Assembly: GCA_900320965.1 (NCBI GenBank)
Contig: ONUG01000002.1
Coordinates: forward strand, 1-59,425
Length of the DNA stretch: 59,425 nt
Origin: an uncultured Bacteroidales bacterium
GTDB lineage: Bacteria > Bacteroidota > Bacteroidia > Bacteroidales > UBA932
Direction: 5' to 3'
Below the pieces are notes generated by a model. That model was not told the origin of the DNA, did no database searches, and saw only the letters and a list, made by a program, of their open reading frames with translations. The position numbers and the translations under genes are program-made. Shown piece after piece: positions 16,673 through 27,610 of this stretch (position 1 is the first letter of the stretch; each line of letters opens with the position of its first letter).

Positions 16673-18232
16673 ATGGGAAAAAACGCTGTTATCATCGGCG
16701 CCGGTCCTGCTGGATTGACAGCCGCGCTTGAGCTTCTCAGGCAGACAGACATAAAACCGATTGTCCTGGAGGAAAGTTCCTTTGTGGGAGGAATCTCACG
16801 GACTGTCAACAACGGCGGCAACAGGATGGACATCGGAGGCCACAGGTTTTTCTCAAAGAACCAGCAGGTGATGGAATGGTGGGAGACGATGATGCCGATC
16901 CAGGGCTCTCCCTCATTGGACGACATCCTGCTCGAAAGACCAAAGGAGCTTTCACAAGGCGGTCCGGATCCCGAGAAAGAGGATCGGGTCATGCTTGTCC
17001 GGGACCGTGTCTCAAGAATATTCTTCCTTCGCCATTTCTTCGATTATCCGATCTCGCTGAAGTGGTCGACTTTTGCCGGAATGGGGCTTTGGAACACCAT
17101 GAGAGTCGGTTTCGGCTACATCAAATCCGCGATTCACAAGTTACCTGAGACTTCGCTGGAGAATTTCTATGTCAACAAGTTTGGCCGTCCTCTCTACGAG
17201 ATGTTTTTCGAAGACTACACGGAGAAAGTCTGGGGAGTGCACCCCAGCAAGATCGGAGCGGACTGGGGGGCCCAAAGGGTCAAAGGACTTAGTGTCATGT
17301 CGATCCTAAAGGATGTGCTGACAAAGCCGTTCAGGAAAAAAAGCATTGATCAGCAGAAGGTGGAAACGTCTCTGATCGAGAGATTTATATACCCGAAGTA
17401 CGGCCCCGGACAGCTTTGGGAGACCGTTGCCGGGGAGGTGGTCGCCGCAGGCGGGGAACTCCGGTTGTCTTCAAAGGTTAAAGGAATCACCGTAAAAAAT
17501 GGTGCCGCTGAATCGGTGGAGGTCGAAACCCCGGAAGGAATGGTCACCATTCCTTGCGACTATCTTTTCTCAAGCATGCCTGTCAGGGATTTGGTCTCCG
17601 CTATCAAAGGGGTCGATATCCCCGCTGAGGTCTCTTCGGTAGCCTCGGGATTGCCGTACAGGGATTTCATCACCGTGGGTGTCCTAGCTTCAAAATTGAA
17701 GATCACAAACGGGACCAAGATAAAGACCTATGAAGGCCGCGTTCCGGACACCTGGATCTATGTGCAGGAGAGAGATGTCAAGGTCGGCAGACTCCAGATA
17801 TTCAACAACTGGTCACCCTACATGGTGTCTGATTACAAAGGGACAATGTATGTCGGGATGGAATATTTCTGCGACGAGGGCGATGACCTTTGGGAAATGA
17901 CCGACCACGACTTCATCGAGATGGCTCTTGGAGAGCTGGAGAAGATCGGGGTGGTTGACAGGAACGATGTCATGAAGGCCGACAGGATAAAGGTCAAGAA
18001 AGCCTATCCCGCATATTTCGGCACTTACAAGGAGATCCATAAGGTGAGGGAATGGCTGGATGGTTTCTCCAACCTGTTCTGCATCGGGAGAAATGGGCAG
18101 CACAGGTACAACAATATGGATCATTCCATGCTGACGGCGATGGAGGCGGTGCGTTGTGTCAAGGATAATCTTAAAACCAAGGATAATGTCTGGGAAGTCA
18201 ACACCGAAAAAGAATATCACGAAAGCAAATAA
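16673..18232 (+). CDS. FAD-dependent oxidoreductase (HemY/UDP-galactopyranose-mutase-like superfamily)
   Basis: [56 protein letters not shown]. Confidence 0.85.
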   Translation: MGKNAVIIGAGPAGLTAALELLRQTDIKPIVLEESSFVGGISRTVNNGGNRMDIGGHRFFSKNQQVMEWWETMMPIQGSPSLDDILLERPKELSQGGPDPEKEDRVMLVRDRVSRIFFLRHFFDYPISLKWSTFAGMGLWNTMRVGFGYIKSAIHKLPETSLENFYVNKFGRPLYEMFFEDYTEKVWGVHPSKIGADWGAQRVKGLSVMSILKDVLTKPFRKKSIDQQKVETSLIERFIYPKYGPGQLWETVAGEVVAAGGELRLSSKVKGITVKNGAAESVEVETPEGMVTIPCDYLFSSMPVRDLVSAIKGVDIPAEVSSVASGLPYRDFITVGVLASKLKITNGTKIKTYEGRVPDTWIYVQERDVKVGRLQIFNNWSPYMVSDYKGTMYVGMEYFCDEGDDLWEMTDHDFIEMALGELEKIGVVDRNDVMKADRIKVKKAYPAYFGTYKEIHKVREWLDGFSNLFCIGRNGQHRYNNMDHSMLTAMEAVRCVKDNLKTKDNVWEVNTEKEYHESK

Positions 18233-19910
18233 GAAGCCCGGGGTTAACGATAAGGGACGGAAAGTCCTTCATGTCCTTTTTCTTTTGACCATCGGTGTCC
18301 TTTTCGTGTTCAATTACAAGGCTTCGTTTGATCCGAAGCTGGACCCTAACGGCGACAATATCAATTACTTCCTTCTTGGAAAAGCTTTGTCTGAAGGGGA
18401 AGGTTATGTCGATTTGTTCCCGCCTGAGCCAGTCCCCCACACTCATTTTCCTCCAGGGTACCCGATGTTCATGTCGGTGTTCATGCATGTGTTCCCGGAC
18501 AACATCATAGCCATGAAGATCCTTAACGGACTTCTGTTCCTGATTTCCGTCCTGCTGCTTTTCAGGATCGTTAGGAAGGCAACAGGAGGTAACTTGTGGC
18601 TTGCGTTCGCGGTCGGGGTCGTCACAGTCATGCACTCTTCGTTGTTGAGGTGGTCTGTCGTGATGATGAGTGAGATGCTGTACATGGTGATTTCTTTCGG
18701 GATAATTCTGATCTGTTTAGATCTTGACCTGGGTAAGATATTCACACGGACTGGCAGGGATTGGAAGCAAGTTGTCCGCTTGGTGGGGCTCTGCCTTCTT
18801 GTGATCTCTTCCTACCTTGTGCGCACCATGGGCATCTCCGTGGTTCTCTCAGCGGCTTTGGCCTTTGGAGTTACCGCGCTTAAATATCTCCTTGAAAAAG
18901 ACAGGAAGTGGGTCAAGCCCGCCGTGGTCTCGGTCATGGTGGTTCTAAGCCTTGTGGTCGCCCACGGGGGATGGTCGCTAAGGAACCGCTTAGTACGGCC
19001 TGACTATAAGAGCGACTATTCCTCCGGGTTCATGTACACTGAGGACAGGCAGAGGATGACGCCGTCGCTTTGGGTGGACAGGATCAGTACCAACTTGAAA
19101 GTCTTCACGGGAAAGTTTATTCCAGATTCCCTCCTTCGCCCAAAGGAAGTAATTGACCATGAGAAACCTAAAAAACCCCAGACGAAGGGGGTCATCATCG
19201 GGACGCTGATGATTCTCCTGATGGCATACGGAATCAGCCGTATGAAAAAAGGAAGGGTTTTGATCCTGTCATATATCGTTATTACTTTCGCCGTGCTTTG
19301 CCTCTACCAGGAGCAATATGCTGGCGTGAGGTACTATATTCCTGTCCTGCCGCTGATGATATTCGCTGCATTGAGCGGGATTCAGGGGCTGTTCGTGTTG
19401 TTATCAAAGCTGGCTTTCCGCAAAGAGATCGCGGCTGTGGGAACTGTGGCTGCCCTGATCTGTTCGGCAGCGGTCTTCCCCTCCTATCTTAAGGGACAGC
19501 AGGTCTACAAGGACGTGGCGTCATTCAAGACCTATCTCGAGATGAATCCGAATTCTGATTTCGCCCATTACATAATGGCTGCGGAATGGCTGAAAACACA
19601 TGCCGGGAATAACGCCGTTGTCGCTTGCCGCAAACCGGAGGTCATGTACATCTATTCGGGTTACAAACACTCCATTATGTTCCCCCTGAGGGGCGATGAA
19701 GAGGAGATACTCCGTTTCTTGGATGAATCAAAAATCAACTGCATCGTGGTTGACACTTGGGCCAGACACGCCTACACGGTCTTTTATCCTGTGATGTCGA
19801 ACTACCCGGAAGCCTTTCCTATCTATTACAAGACGCCTCAGGACAACAGTCCTGCGCCGACACTTGTGGCGAGATACGTTCCTTCCAAGATTGACAAAGC
19901 TAATCCATAA
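18186..19910 (+). CDS. GT-C fold membrane glycosyltransferase (ArnT/GT39-like)
   Basis: GDNINY after TM1, [28 protein letters not shown]; many TM segments. Confidence 0.75.
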   Translation: MSGKSTPKKNITKANKKPGVNDKGRKVLHVLFLLTIGVLFVFNYKASFDPKLDPNGDNINYFLLGKALSEGEGYVDLFPPEPVPHTHFPPGYPMFMSVFMHVFPDNIIAMKILNGLLFLISVLLLFRIVRKATGGNLWLAFAVGVVTVMHSSLLRWSVVMMSEMLYMVISFGIILICLDLDLGKIFTRTGRDWKQVVRLVGLCLLVISSYLVRTMGISVVLSAALAFGVTALKYLLEKDRKWVKPAVVSVMVVLSLVVAHGGWSLRNRLVRPDYKSDYSSGFMYTEDRQRMTPSLWVDRISTNLKVFTGKFIPDSLLRPKEVIDHEKPKKPQTKGVIIGTLMILLMAYGISRMKKGRVLILSYIVITFAVLCLYQEQYAGVRYYIPVLPLMIFAALSGIQGLFVLLSKLAFRKEIAAVGTVAALICSAAVFPSYLKGQQVYKDVASFKTYLEMNPNSDFAHYIMAAEWLKTHAGNNAVVACRKPEVMYIYSGYKHSIMFPLRGDEEEILRFLDESKINCIVVDTWARHAYTVFYPVMSNYPEAFPIYYKTPQDNSPAPTLVARYVPSKIDKANP

Positions 19911-19913
19911 CCC

Positions 19914-21395
19914 ATGAAAAAGGAAGACGGTTATTTCAGGTTTATTTTCCGGAAACCCCAGCTTGTGGACTGGATTGTCATTGCGGTGGTGGTGACTCTG
20001 GGCTGTTTGATCAACACGATATGGTACCCTTATCCCAGGACCATGGGAGACTCGTTCGGGTATCTTTGGTCCGCCATACGTGACGAGTTCACCTACCTTA
20101 GGCCGTTCGGGTACTCTTTCTATCTTCAGCTTGTCCATGTCTTCTCTGACAGCTTGTACTCGGTGATTGTTTCCCAGGCCCTGATCTACACTCTTTCTCT
20201 TGGACTTTTCCTGTTGGCTGTCAAGAAGTTCTGGCCTCCGATGAAACGTTGGAGGTTCGTTGTGTTTGAGGTGGTGGCGGCGCTAAGCCCGTCCGCCATA
20301 TTCATGCTCAACACGATCCTGTCCGACACCCTCCAATGCAGCCTTGTGTTCTTGATGATCGCGATGGTCATAGTGATGATTAAGGAGGAGTCGTGGCTCG
20401 CGATGGGGATCTATGTGCTCGCCTTGTTCGCATCGTTCAACACAAGGTACACATCTGAGTTTTTCCCGCTGGCCTTTATTCCGGTGTTGGCTTTGAAAGG
20501 CAAGCGCATTTTCAGAATTGTTTCTATAGCGCTTACCGTCGTTGCCTTCGCTTTGTTCTATGTCCAGAGGACAAATAATATGGAGAAAACCTCTGGACAG
20601 AAGCAGTTTTCCACCGGATTCGAGGGGTGGCAGCTCGCCAGCAACGCCATCCACATGATTCCTTTCCTCGACGAAGAGGAGAAGGCCAATATGCCTAAAG
20701 ACAAGGACTTACGAGAGTTGCACCAATTCGTCACAGGGTTCGAGAAGGCGCATGGCAAGATTGCCTCATCGACAAAAAACGGAAAAGAGGCCACGGCCAG
20801 CTTCATCTGGGAATATGACTCACCTCTCAAGCAGTATTTCTTCAGGAAAGTTGGGGATAACAATTACGGCAACGAGTGGATAGTCATAGGGACAAAGCTT
20901 TTTAAAAAGTACGGCAAGTGGCTCATTCTCAGTCACCCTGGGAGTTTCATCAAGTATTACCTGATTCCTAACACAAAGCAGGCTTTCTTCACGACCCGTA
21001 ACGAGGTCGTTTTCGGCGATGAGAATGTTCCGGCCGGTAAAGCCGAAGTGGTAGATTGGTTCGACGTTCCTAAAGATCTGGTGCTGACTCCAAGGGGTCA
21101 AGGGCTTGGAAACGCCTTGAAACCAGTCCTCCCGTGGATAGAGCTAGCCACGTGGCTCATTATGCTGGCTTCAGTGGTCGTCATGTTTGCCAGCGGGAAA
21201 AAGGTCAAGTTCCCCAGGGACACGAAACTTGTCCTTTGGGTCCTTTTCCTTTTCGGTGTGATTTATTACGGGGCTGTGACGTTCGCCAGTCCGATAGCGC
21301 TTCGCTACTGGATGCCCATGCATGCCGTAAAACTGGTGTTCGCCTGGATTGCCGTTAACGAAACTCTTCGTATCCGGGCATCCCAAGCCCGGTGA
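19914..21395 (+). CDS. Polytopic membrane protein, probable GT-C glycosyltransferase
   Basis: GDSFGY after TM1, RPFGYS, ILSDTL, C-terminal LRYWMP; multiple TM segments. Confidence 0.6.
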   Translation: MKKEDGYFRFIFRKPQLVDWIVIAVVVTLGCLINTIWYPYPRTMGDSFGYLWSAIRDEFTYLRPFGYSFYLQLVHVFSDSLYSVIVSQALIYTLSLGLFLLAVKKFWPPMKRWRFVVFEVVAALSPSAIFMLNTILSDTLQCSLVFLMIAMVIVMIKEESWLAMGIYVLALFASFNTRYTSEFFPLAFIPVLALKGKRIFRIVSIALTVVAFALFYVQRTNNMEKTSGQKQFSTGFEGWQLASNAIHMIPFLDEEEKANMPKDKDLRELHQFVTGFEKAHGKIASSTKNGKEATASFIWEYDSPLKQYFFRKVGDNNYGNEWIVIGTKLFKKYGKWLILSHPGSFIKYYLIPNTKQAFFTTRNEVVFGDENVPAGKAEVVDWFDVPKDLVLTPRGQGLGNALKPVLPWIELATWLIMLASVVVMFASGKKVKFPRDTKLVLWVLFLFGVIYYGAVTFASPIALRYWMPMHAVKLVFAWIAVNETLRIRASQAR

Positions 21396-22449
21396 GGAAT
21401 TCCTTGAACTGCTTGTCATCCCGGGGGCAGATCAACAAGGCGTCATCCGTGTCGATGACAAGGAAGTTATTGAGGCCCTTGATAGCGTAGATCTTCTTTT
21501 TGTTCTCGGTGACCACAAGATTGTCGGTGTCTTCGTTGAAGAGGCGCTTTGAGGTGTTTGTGGCGTTGCCTTCCTCGTCCTTGACTTTTACCGTGTTGAA
21601 TAGAGAGTCCCAGTTGTCGATGTCCGACCATCCGAAATTCCCGGAGTACAGCCAGGCGATGTCTGTCTTCTCCATGACTCCATAGTCGATCGAGATCTTG
21701 GGACACTCGGAATAAGCTTTCTCCAGGAAAGTCTTCTCCGAGGGGGTCCCGAGAATACTCTCCCATCCGTTGAACACGGAGACCACATCCGGGAGGTGTT
21801 TTTTCATTTCCTCCAGGATCAGGGAAGCTTTCCATGCGAATATTCCTGAATTCCAGAAAAACTCTCCGCTCTTATAGAAGACTTCTGCCAGGTCTTGATC
21901 GGGCTTTTCTGTGAAGGTCTTGACTTTCACTGGTTTCCCTGACTGGGCACCAGTCTTCCCGCCTGTGACTTGGATGTAACCATAGGCGGTCTCCGGGCCA
22001 GTCGGGGTGATCCCCATGGTCATCAGGGCCCTATTACATGAGGCATATTCGATCACATCGTTGACTGCTTTGTCGAAGGCCTGCTTATCGTAGATGAGGT
22101 GGTCGGCAGGGGTCGTTACGATGATGGCGTCAGGATCACGTTTCAAGATAACGAATGTTGAATATGCGATGCAAGGGGCGGTGTTACGACTGTGCGGTTC
22201 GAGGAGAAGGTTCTCTTCTGGCAGCTCGGGGATCTGCTCCCTCACAAGGTTGCCGAAACGGTCCAGAGTCACCACAAGGATGTTCTCGATAGGAATAAGT
22301 CCCGAGAATCTCTCGAAAGTCATTCTCAAGAAGGATTTCCCGCCTCCCGCGATGTCCAGGAATTGTTTGGGACGGGATTCCCTGCTTATCGGCCAGAAGT
22401 GGTTTGCGGTGCCTCCGGCCATGATCACGCAATATCTGTTATCTTTCAT
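21355..22449 (-). CDS. manC: Mannose-1-phosphate guanylyltransferase
   Basis: VIMAGGTANHFWPISRESRPKQFL, EPHSRNTAPCI, PADH, PETAYGYI, FTEKP, WNSGIF, SIDYGVMEK, WSDI. Confidence 0.92.
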   Translation of the reverse strand: MKDNRYCVIMAGGTANHFWPISRESRPKQFLDIAGGGKSFLRMTFERFSGLIPIENILVVTLDRFGNLVREQIPELPEENLLLEPHSRNTAPCIAYSTFVILKRDPDAIIVTTPADHLIYDKQAFDKAVNDVIEYASCNRALMTMGITPTGPETAYGYIQVTGGKTGAQSGKPVKVKTFTEKPDQDLAEVFYKSGEFFWNSGIFAWKASLILEEMKKHLPDVVSVFNGWESILGTPSEKTFLEKAYSECPKISIDYGVMEKTDIAWLYSGNFGWSDIDNWDSLFNTVKVKDEEGNATNTSKRLFNEDTDNLVVTENKKKIYAIKGLNNFLVIDTDDALLICPRDDKQFKEFLTGLGMPGYEEFR

Positions 22450-22477
22450 ATATAAGGGTCAGGTTTCTCATTCATTC

Positions 22478-22879
22478 TCATAAATACATCGGAATGAAAG
22501 CGTCGGGGAACCACTCAATCTTTTCCTCTCCCCCTTCGAACGTGACCGCCACTATGTCGAAATGAACCTCGGAGTCTGATGACAGTAAAGGGTCTTTCGA
22601 GTTATGGAGGTACCTCAGAGCCGCAGACGCTATTTTTCTCTGCTTAAGCGGGGTGACGTTTTCCTCCGGGGCTGCCGTAACTGGCGCCACACGGCTTTTT
22701 ACTTCTACAAAATGCACGCCGTTCACATCTTGTGAAATGATGTCAATCTCCAGGTGGCCGGACCTGTAATTTCTTGTCACAATCCTGTGTCCCAGTCCTT
22801 CCAGGAACCTATTGGCCACGTCTTCTCCTCTCCTTCCGAGCAGCATTCTCGCTGTCGGACATTTCTCTTTGTTTCTCAT
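22478..22879 (-). CDS. yraN: YraN family protein
   Basis: GRRGEDVA...NYRSGHLEIDII...FVEVKSR...HFDIVAV. Confidence 0.9.
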   Translation of the reverse strand: MRNKEKCPTARMLLGRRGEDVANRFLEGLGHRIVTRNYRSGHLEIDIISQDVNGVHFVEVKSRVAPVTAAPEENVTPLKQRKIASAALRYLHNSKDPLLSSDSEVHFDIVAVTFEGGEEKIEWFPDAFIPMYL

Positions 22880-22903
22880 AATTTATAATGGTTTAGATTC
22901 TCA

Positions 22904-25420
22904 TCATTCGAATTCGACAATCGTGACACCAGAACCGCCGAACTGGATGTGCTCGTCGTGGACAGCCTTTATTCCAGGGACAGTCCGGATGTATTTTTGA
23001 AGCTCATCCCTAAGGGCGCCGGTCCCCTTGCCGTGGATGATCCTGACGGATCCGACACCAAGCATGATGGCGTCGTCGATGTAGTGGATGACGATGTCCA
23101 GGGCATCCGAGACTCTTTCTCCACGCACGTCCAATTCGGGGGAGAACCTCATTCTACGCTCTCTCAGGCCGGAATTGTCTACCGAAGGGGCCGGTCTGAC
23201 GGATTCCTTTCTGGCCGCTTTGTATTCATTGGAAGAGATCCTTTCGACACGTTCCACCGGCATCTTACTCATGATGTTACCGATCGCCACGGTCACGGCC
23301 TTGTTGGACACCCGGGCGATCTCGCCGACCATCCCGTTGTCTTTGACCCTGACTTTCTCCCCGACTTTGAGCGGCCCTGGCCTGAACCTCGCCTCGTCGG
23401 CAGGTTCCATCTCTTTTTTGACGCTGCCCTTGCGGGCCTCCGCCTTTCGTTTTCTCTCCGACAATTGCTTCAGCTTCTTGTCGATGTAGTCGTCATGGTT
23501 TTTCTTGTCGCTTTCCTTCTTTGTCTGCAAGGCTCCAAGGAATTCCTGCAACTCTTTCCTGGCCCCGGTGGTCTTTTCCTTGTCCGCTTGTGATTCTTTG
23601 ATCACCCGGATTGTGTTCTCGACGGTCTTGTTAGCGCCGAGAACAATCTCCTCGGCCTCTTTCTGGGCTTTCTCGAGTATTTCCTTACGAGTCTGTTTTA
23701 TGCCTTCCAGCTCTTTCTGATAGCGCTCAGTGATGCTGTCAAGAGTCTTGTCAGTGTTCTTTATTTTCTGTAGCTTCTCGTCGAGAGCTCTGCGGTTTCG
23801 TACTATCTTGCGCAGGTTGCGCTCCATGCCGACGAACTCTTCCCCGGCCCTGTTCTCAGCATCCTTGACAATGCTTTCCGGAAGGCCCATCTTTCTCGCG
23901 AGCTCGAAGGCGAATGATCCGCCGGGCATCCCGATGTCCAGCTTGAAAAGAGGCTGGATTTTGGCCGCATCAAACTGCATAGCCCCGTTGATGACCCCGG
24001 TCTGGGGTCCCGCCGCATAAAGTTTAAGGTTGGTGTAGTGAGTGGTGATCACTCCGTACACACCCCTCTTATCTAATTCTCCCAGAATGGCTTCCGCAAT
24101 AGCTCCACCCGCAGTCGGCTCTGTTCCGGATCCGAACTCATCGATCAGGACCAGGGTTTTTGAATCGGCTTCCTTCAGCATCGACTTCATGTCCTCAAGG
24201 AAGGAACTGTAGGTGCTCAGGTCATTTTCAATGCTCTGGTCGTCTCCAATGCTGACCATGATGCGGTCGAAGACCGTCAGCTCTGAACTCTCGGAGGTCG
24301 GTACCAACATTCCCCATTGGAACATGTACTGTAGGAGTCCGGCGGTCTTCAGGCAGACAGACTTTCCGCCAGCATTCGGACCCGAGATCAGTAATATGTG
24401 TTTTTGGGGAGTTAACCTGATCGTGACTGGAACGATCTCCCTCCTTTCCCTGCTGAGAGCCTTTTCCAGAAGGGGATGGCGGGCTTTGCGTAGATTCATC
24501 TCGCCCTCCTCGGAAATGACAGGCATCCCGGCCTTGAAATCGAGGGCGACCTGGGCCTTTGCTACCAGGAAGTCCATCTCCCCAACATATTCGGCGGAGG
24601 CGATAAGCTCCGGCACATACGGTCGGACAAAGTCGCTGAATGCGGCCAGGATCCTTTGTATCTCTTGAGTTTCCTCAGCCCTCAGAGTGAATATTTCGTT
24701 CTCAAGCTCAATTATTTCCGCAGGTTCGACAAAGGCTGTTTTTCCGGTGGCTGAGGTGTCGTACACGAAGCCCTGGATCTTTTTTTTGCTGGAACTGTTG
24801 ACCGGGATCAGCAGTTTGCCGTCCCTGACGGAGAGTCCCGCGTCATCGTCCACAATCCCATCAGCCTTGGCCTGGGCAAGGATAGCGTTGGCCCTTTTCG
24901 AGATAGCTCCTTCCTTGGACCTGAGGGAGCGGCGGATCTGGAGAAGGTTGTCCGAGGCCGTGTCTTTGACATCCCCGTACTTGTCCAAGATCAGGTCAAT
25001 CCTTCTGAGTACTTCAGGGAAACTCATTATCGGAGCGCTCATCCTCTTGAGGTTCGGGTAGATCCCGTCCTTTATGGATGAGAAGAAGCTCGTCAGTTTC
25101 CTGACAGTCTCCACCATGGTACGCAGTTTCCCGAGGGATCCGAGGTCGATGTTCCAGCCTTCTTCACCAAGGGGTTTGAGGAAATACAGGCAGTCGATGT
25201 AACCGTTCGTTGGAAAGCTCTCCTCGAACATCATGATCAACCTCATCTCATCCGTGAGGGCGAGTCTGTGATAAATTGTCTTCGGGTCGGAGACGAACGT
25301 CTCACCGGCCACTCTCGCCACAGCATATTCAGTGGAGCACCGGTCAGAGACCATTGCCCTCACTTTGTCGAAACCCAGCTTTCCCTCAAGCCTGGCGTCT
25401 ATTCCGTTCTCCCCGATCAC
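22904..25420 (-). CDS. mutS2: MutS2 with a C-terminal Smr domain
   Basis: ISGPNAGGKS, SIENDLSTYSS, IDEFGSGTEP, TTHY, ELDVRG, IIHGKGTGALR. Confidence 0.95.
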   Translation of the reverse strand: MIGENGIDARLEGKLGFDKVRAMVSDRCSTEYAVARVAGETFVSDPKTIYHRLALTDEMRLIMMFEESFPTNGYIDCLYFLKPLGEEGWNIDLGSLGKLRTMVETVRKLTSFFSSIKDGIYPNLKRMSAPIMSFPEVLRRIDLILDKYGDVKDTASDNLLQIRRSLRSKEGAISKRANAILAQAKADGIVDDDAGLSVRDGKLLIPVNSSSKKKIQGFVYDTSATGKTAFVEPAEIIELENEIFTLRAEETQEIQRILAAFSDFVRPYVPELIASAEYVGEMDFLVAKAQVALDFKAGMPVISEEGEMNLRKARHPLLEKALSRERREIVPVTIRLTPQKHILLISGPNAGGKSVCLKTAGLLQYMFQWGMLVPTSESSELTVFDRIMVSIGDDQSIENDLSTYSSFLEDMKSMLKEADSKTLVLIDEFGSGTEPTAGGAIAEAILGELDKRGVYGVITTHYTNLKLYAAGPQTGVINGAMQFDAAKIQPLFKLDIGMPGGSFAFELARKMGLPESIVKDAENRAGEEFVGMERNLRKIVRNRRALDEKLQKIKNTDKTLDSITERYQKELEGIKQTRKEILEKAQKEAEEIVLGANKTVENTIRVIKESQADKEKTTGARKELQEFLGALQTKKESDKKNHDDYIDKKLKQLSERKRKAEARKGSVKKEMEPADEARFRPGPLKVGEKVRVKDNGMVGEIARVSNKAVTVAIGNIMSKMPVERVERISSNEYKAARKESVRPAPSVDNSGLRERRMRFSPELDVRGERVSDALDIVIHYIDDAIMLGVGSVRIIHGKGTGALRDELQKYIRTVPGIKAVHDEHIQFGGSGVTIVEFE

Positions 25421-26238
25421 TGTGTCTTTTCCTCCTTTGTTCCAAGTTTAAGTTTCAGCTCATTGATGTTGCTTATGTGGGTCAAGACACCTTCGTGGAC
25501 ATATGAGATGTCCCCGGTCTCCTCTGAGACCACTACCACGGCGGCGTCTGTCTCTTCTGAGACCCCGATCGCGGCCTTGTGCCTCATGCCTAGGCTTGGC
25601 GGAATGTCTTGCCTTTGGGTAATCGGAAGCGTGCAGCGGGCCGCCTCGATCCGCTCTCCTTCAATTATCATGGCCCCGTCGTGGAGCGGCGAATTCTTGA
25701 AGAATATATTCATTATCAACCTTCTGGAGACTTTCGCGTCAACGATGTCCCCGGTCTCCACGATGTGGGCAAGGGAATCCTTGTTCGGCAATACGATCAA
25801 GGCTCCTGTCTTGCTTTCCGACATTGCCCTGCAAGCCTCGGCGATCTCATTGACAGTCTCTCCGGCAAGCTTCTGCTCCTTGATCCCGAACAGTCTGCCG
25901 AGCAGTTCCCGGCCTTTTCCGGCGGCTCCGTACCGTGAGCCCAGCCTTATCAGGAAATGCCTTACCTCAGGCTGGAAAATCACGATCAGGGCGATCACAC
26001 CCACATCGATGAAGGTCCCCAGAAGGGCGTTCATCAGCCGCATGTTAAGGGCGGCGACCACAACTCTCAGCACGAAAAGCATGATGACGGCGATGAACAC
26101 GCTCATGGCGGCTGACCCCCTGATCCAGCGGAAAACGAGGAAAATCAGGGCGGCTACCATGAGGATGTCCAGACAGTCCGCCAGGGACAGGCTGAGGAAT
26201 CCGAATATGGCGTTGAGATGGCAAGTCATGACTATCAT
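25417..26238 (-). CDS. cdaA: Diadenylate cyclase CdaA/DacA
   Basis: Three TM segments, IVIFQPEVR, SPLHDGA, LGMRHKAAIGVSE, VSEETG. Confidence 0.93.
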   Translation of the reverse strand: MIVMTCHLNAIFGFLSLSLADCLDILMVAALIFLVFRWIRGSAAMSVFIAVIMLFVLRVVVAALNMRLMNALLGTFIDVGVIALIVIFQPEVRHFLIRLGSRYGAAGKGRELLGRLFGIKEQKLAGETVNEIAEACRAMSESKTGALIVLPNKDSLAHIVETGDIVDAKVSRRLIMNIFFKNSPLHDGAMIIEGERIEAARCTLPITQRQDIPPSLGMRHKAAIGVSEETDAAVVVVSEETGDISYVHEGVLTHISNINELKLKLGTKEEKTQ

Positions 26239-26298
26239 TCTTGTTCCGCGAAGATAGCGAATTCTCTTTGATTATAAGGACTTGGGCCTGTGGAAAAC

Positions 26299-26350
26299 TT
26301 TGTTAATTAAAATAAAATTCGTACATTTGCAGCCCGCAATTTTATGCGGG
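26299..26350 (+). promoter_or_regulatory. Promoter and 5' leader hairpin of the rplC-rpsC transcription unit
   Basis: TTTG 26299-26302, a 19-nt spacer and TACATTTG 26322-26329; hairpin CCCGCA-ATTTTA-TGCGGG at 26333-26350. Confidence 0.75.
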
Positions 26351-26390
26351 ATAACGTAAAGTATTTATATACAATTAATTAACCAAACCA

Positions 26391-27042
26391 ATGCCTGGAT
26401 TAATTGGAAAGAAAATCGGAATGACTTCCGTTTTCGGTGCTGATGGAAAGAATATTCCATGCAGGTGCTGATGGAAAGAATATTCCATGCACCGTCATCG
26501 AGGCTGGTCCGTGTGTTGTCACGCAACTGCGCACTCTTGAAAAAGATGGCTATGAAGCCGTGCAGCTTGCCTATGACGAAATCAAAGAGATACACGCCAG
26601 CGAGCCCCTCAAGGGGCACTTCAAAAAGGCAGGGACCACCCCCAAGCGCAAGCTCGTCGAGTTTCCGGCGGACTTCGAGGGTGAGCTCAAGCTCGGAGAC
26701 ACCATCACCGTTGGTGACATCATGAACGATGTCAAGTTCGTTGATGTTGTCGGTACTTCCAAAGGTAAAGGTTTCCAGGGTGTTGTCCACCGTTATCACT
26801 TCGCCGGTGTCGGCGGAGCCACTCACGGTCAGCACAACCGCCTTCGCAAACCTGGTTCACTGGGAGCTTCCTCATGGCCTTCACGCGTCTTCCCCGGAAT
26901 GAGGATGGGCGGCCACATGGGCAATGAGAGAGTCAAGGTCTTCAACCTCGAGGTTGTTAAGGTCATCCCTGAGAACAATCTTCTCGTCATTAAGGGTTCC
27001 GTTCCCGGAGCCAAGGGTTCATACGTAGCATTGGAGTTTTAG
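26391..27042 (+). pseudogene. rplC: 50S ribosomal protein L3, frameshifted by a 28-bp tandem duplication (real lesion or assembly error)
   Basis: ATG 26391 reads [24 protein letters not shown] then RC-stop at 26469-26471. Removing one repeat copy restores a 207-aa L3 ([20 protein letters not shown]). Confidence 0.85.
26436..26491 (+). repeat. Perfect 28-bp tandem duplication
   Basis: GGTGCTGATGGAAAGAATATTCCATGCA x2 (26436-26463 and 26464-26491). Confidence 0.97.
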
Positions 27043-27044
27043 TT

Positions 27045-27598
27045 ATGGAATTGCCAGTCACGCTATTTATCTTGATGTCGTCCAGTACCTCGCCAATCAG
27101 CGCCAGGGTACTTCGAAGACCAAGGACCGCAGTGAGATCGCTCACTCAACCAAGAAGCTCGGCCGCCAGAAGGGCGGCGGTGGCGCGCGCCACGGTAGCT
27201 TGAAAGCCAATATATTCGTCGGTGGTGGCCGTGTTTTCGGTCCTAAACCGCGTCTTTATAGGAACAAGCTTAACAAGAAAGTCAAGGCTCTTGCCCGCCA
27301 CTCAGCTCTCACTTACAAGGCTCAGGAGAACGCTATCGTCTTCGTGGAGCCCTTCACGATGGAAGCTCCCAAGACGAAGGAGTTCATGCACATTATCGAG
27401 GCCCTCAAGGCCGGCAGCCGCAAGGTTCTCTTCGTCCTCCCCGAGAATTCCAACAATATTTACCTTTCGTCACGCAACCTCCCCGAAGTGAAGGTCATCA
27501 CTGTCAACGAGCTCAACACCTACAACATCATGAACGCCAATTCCATGGTGCTGGTTGACGGAGTCCAGGATGTCCTCTCGGAAAGGGCCAACCGTTAA
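27045..27598 (+). pseudogene. rplD: 50S ribosomal protein L4 with a 5' internal deletion and frameshift (real lesion or assembly error)
   Basis: ATG GAA TTG CCA GT (MELPV) is joined out of frame to CAC GCT ATT TAT ([18 protein letters not shown]...[11 protein letters not shown]...[10 protein letters not shown]) at 27059. The usual segment between these motifs is absent. Confidence 0.85.
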
Positions 27599-27610
27599 AA
27601 GAGCAGAAAG

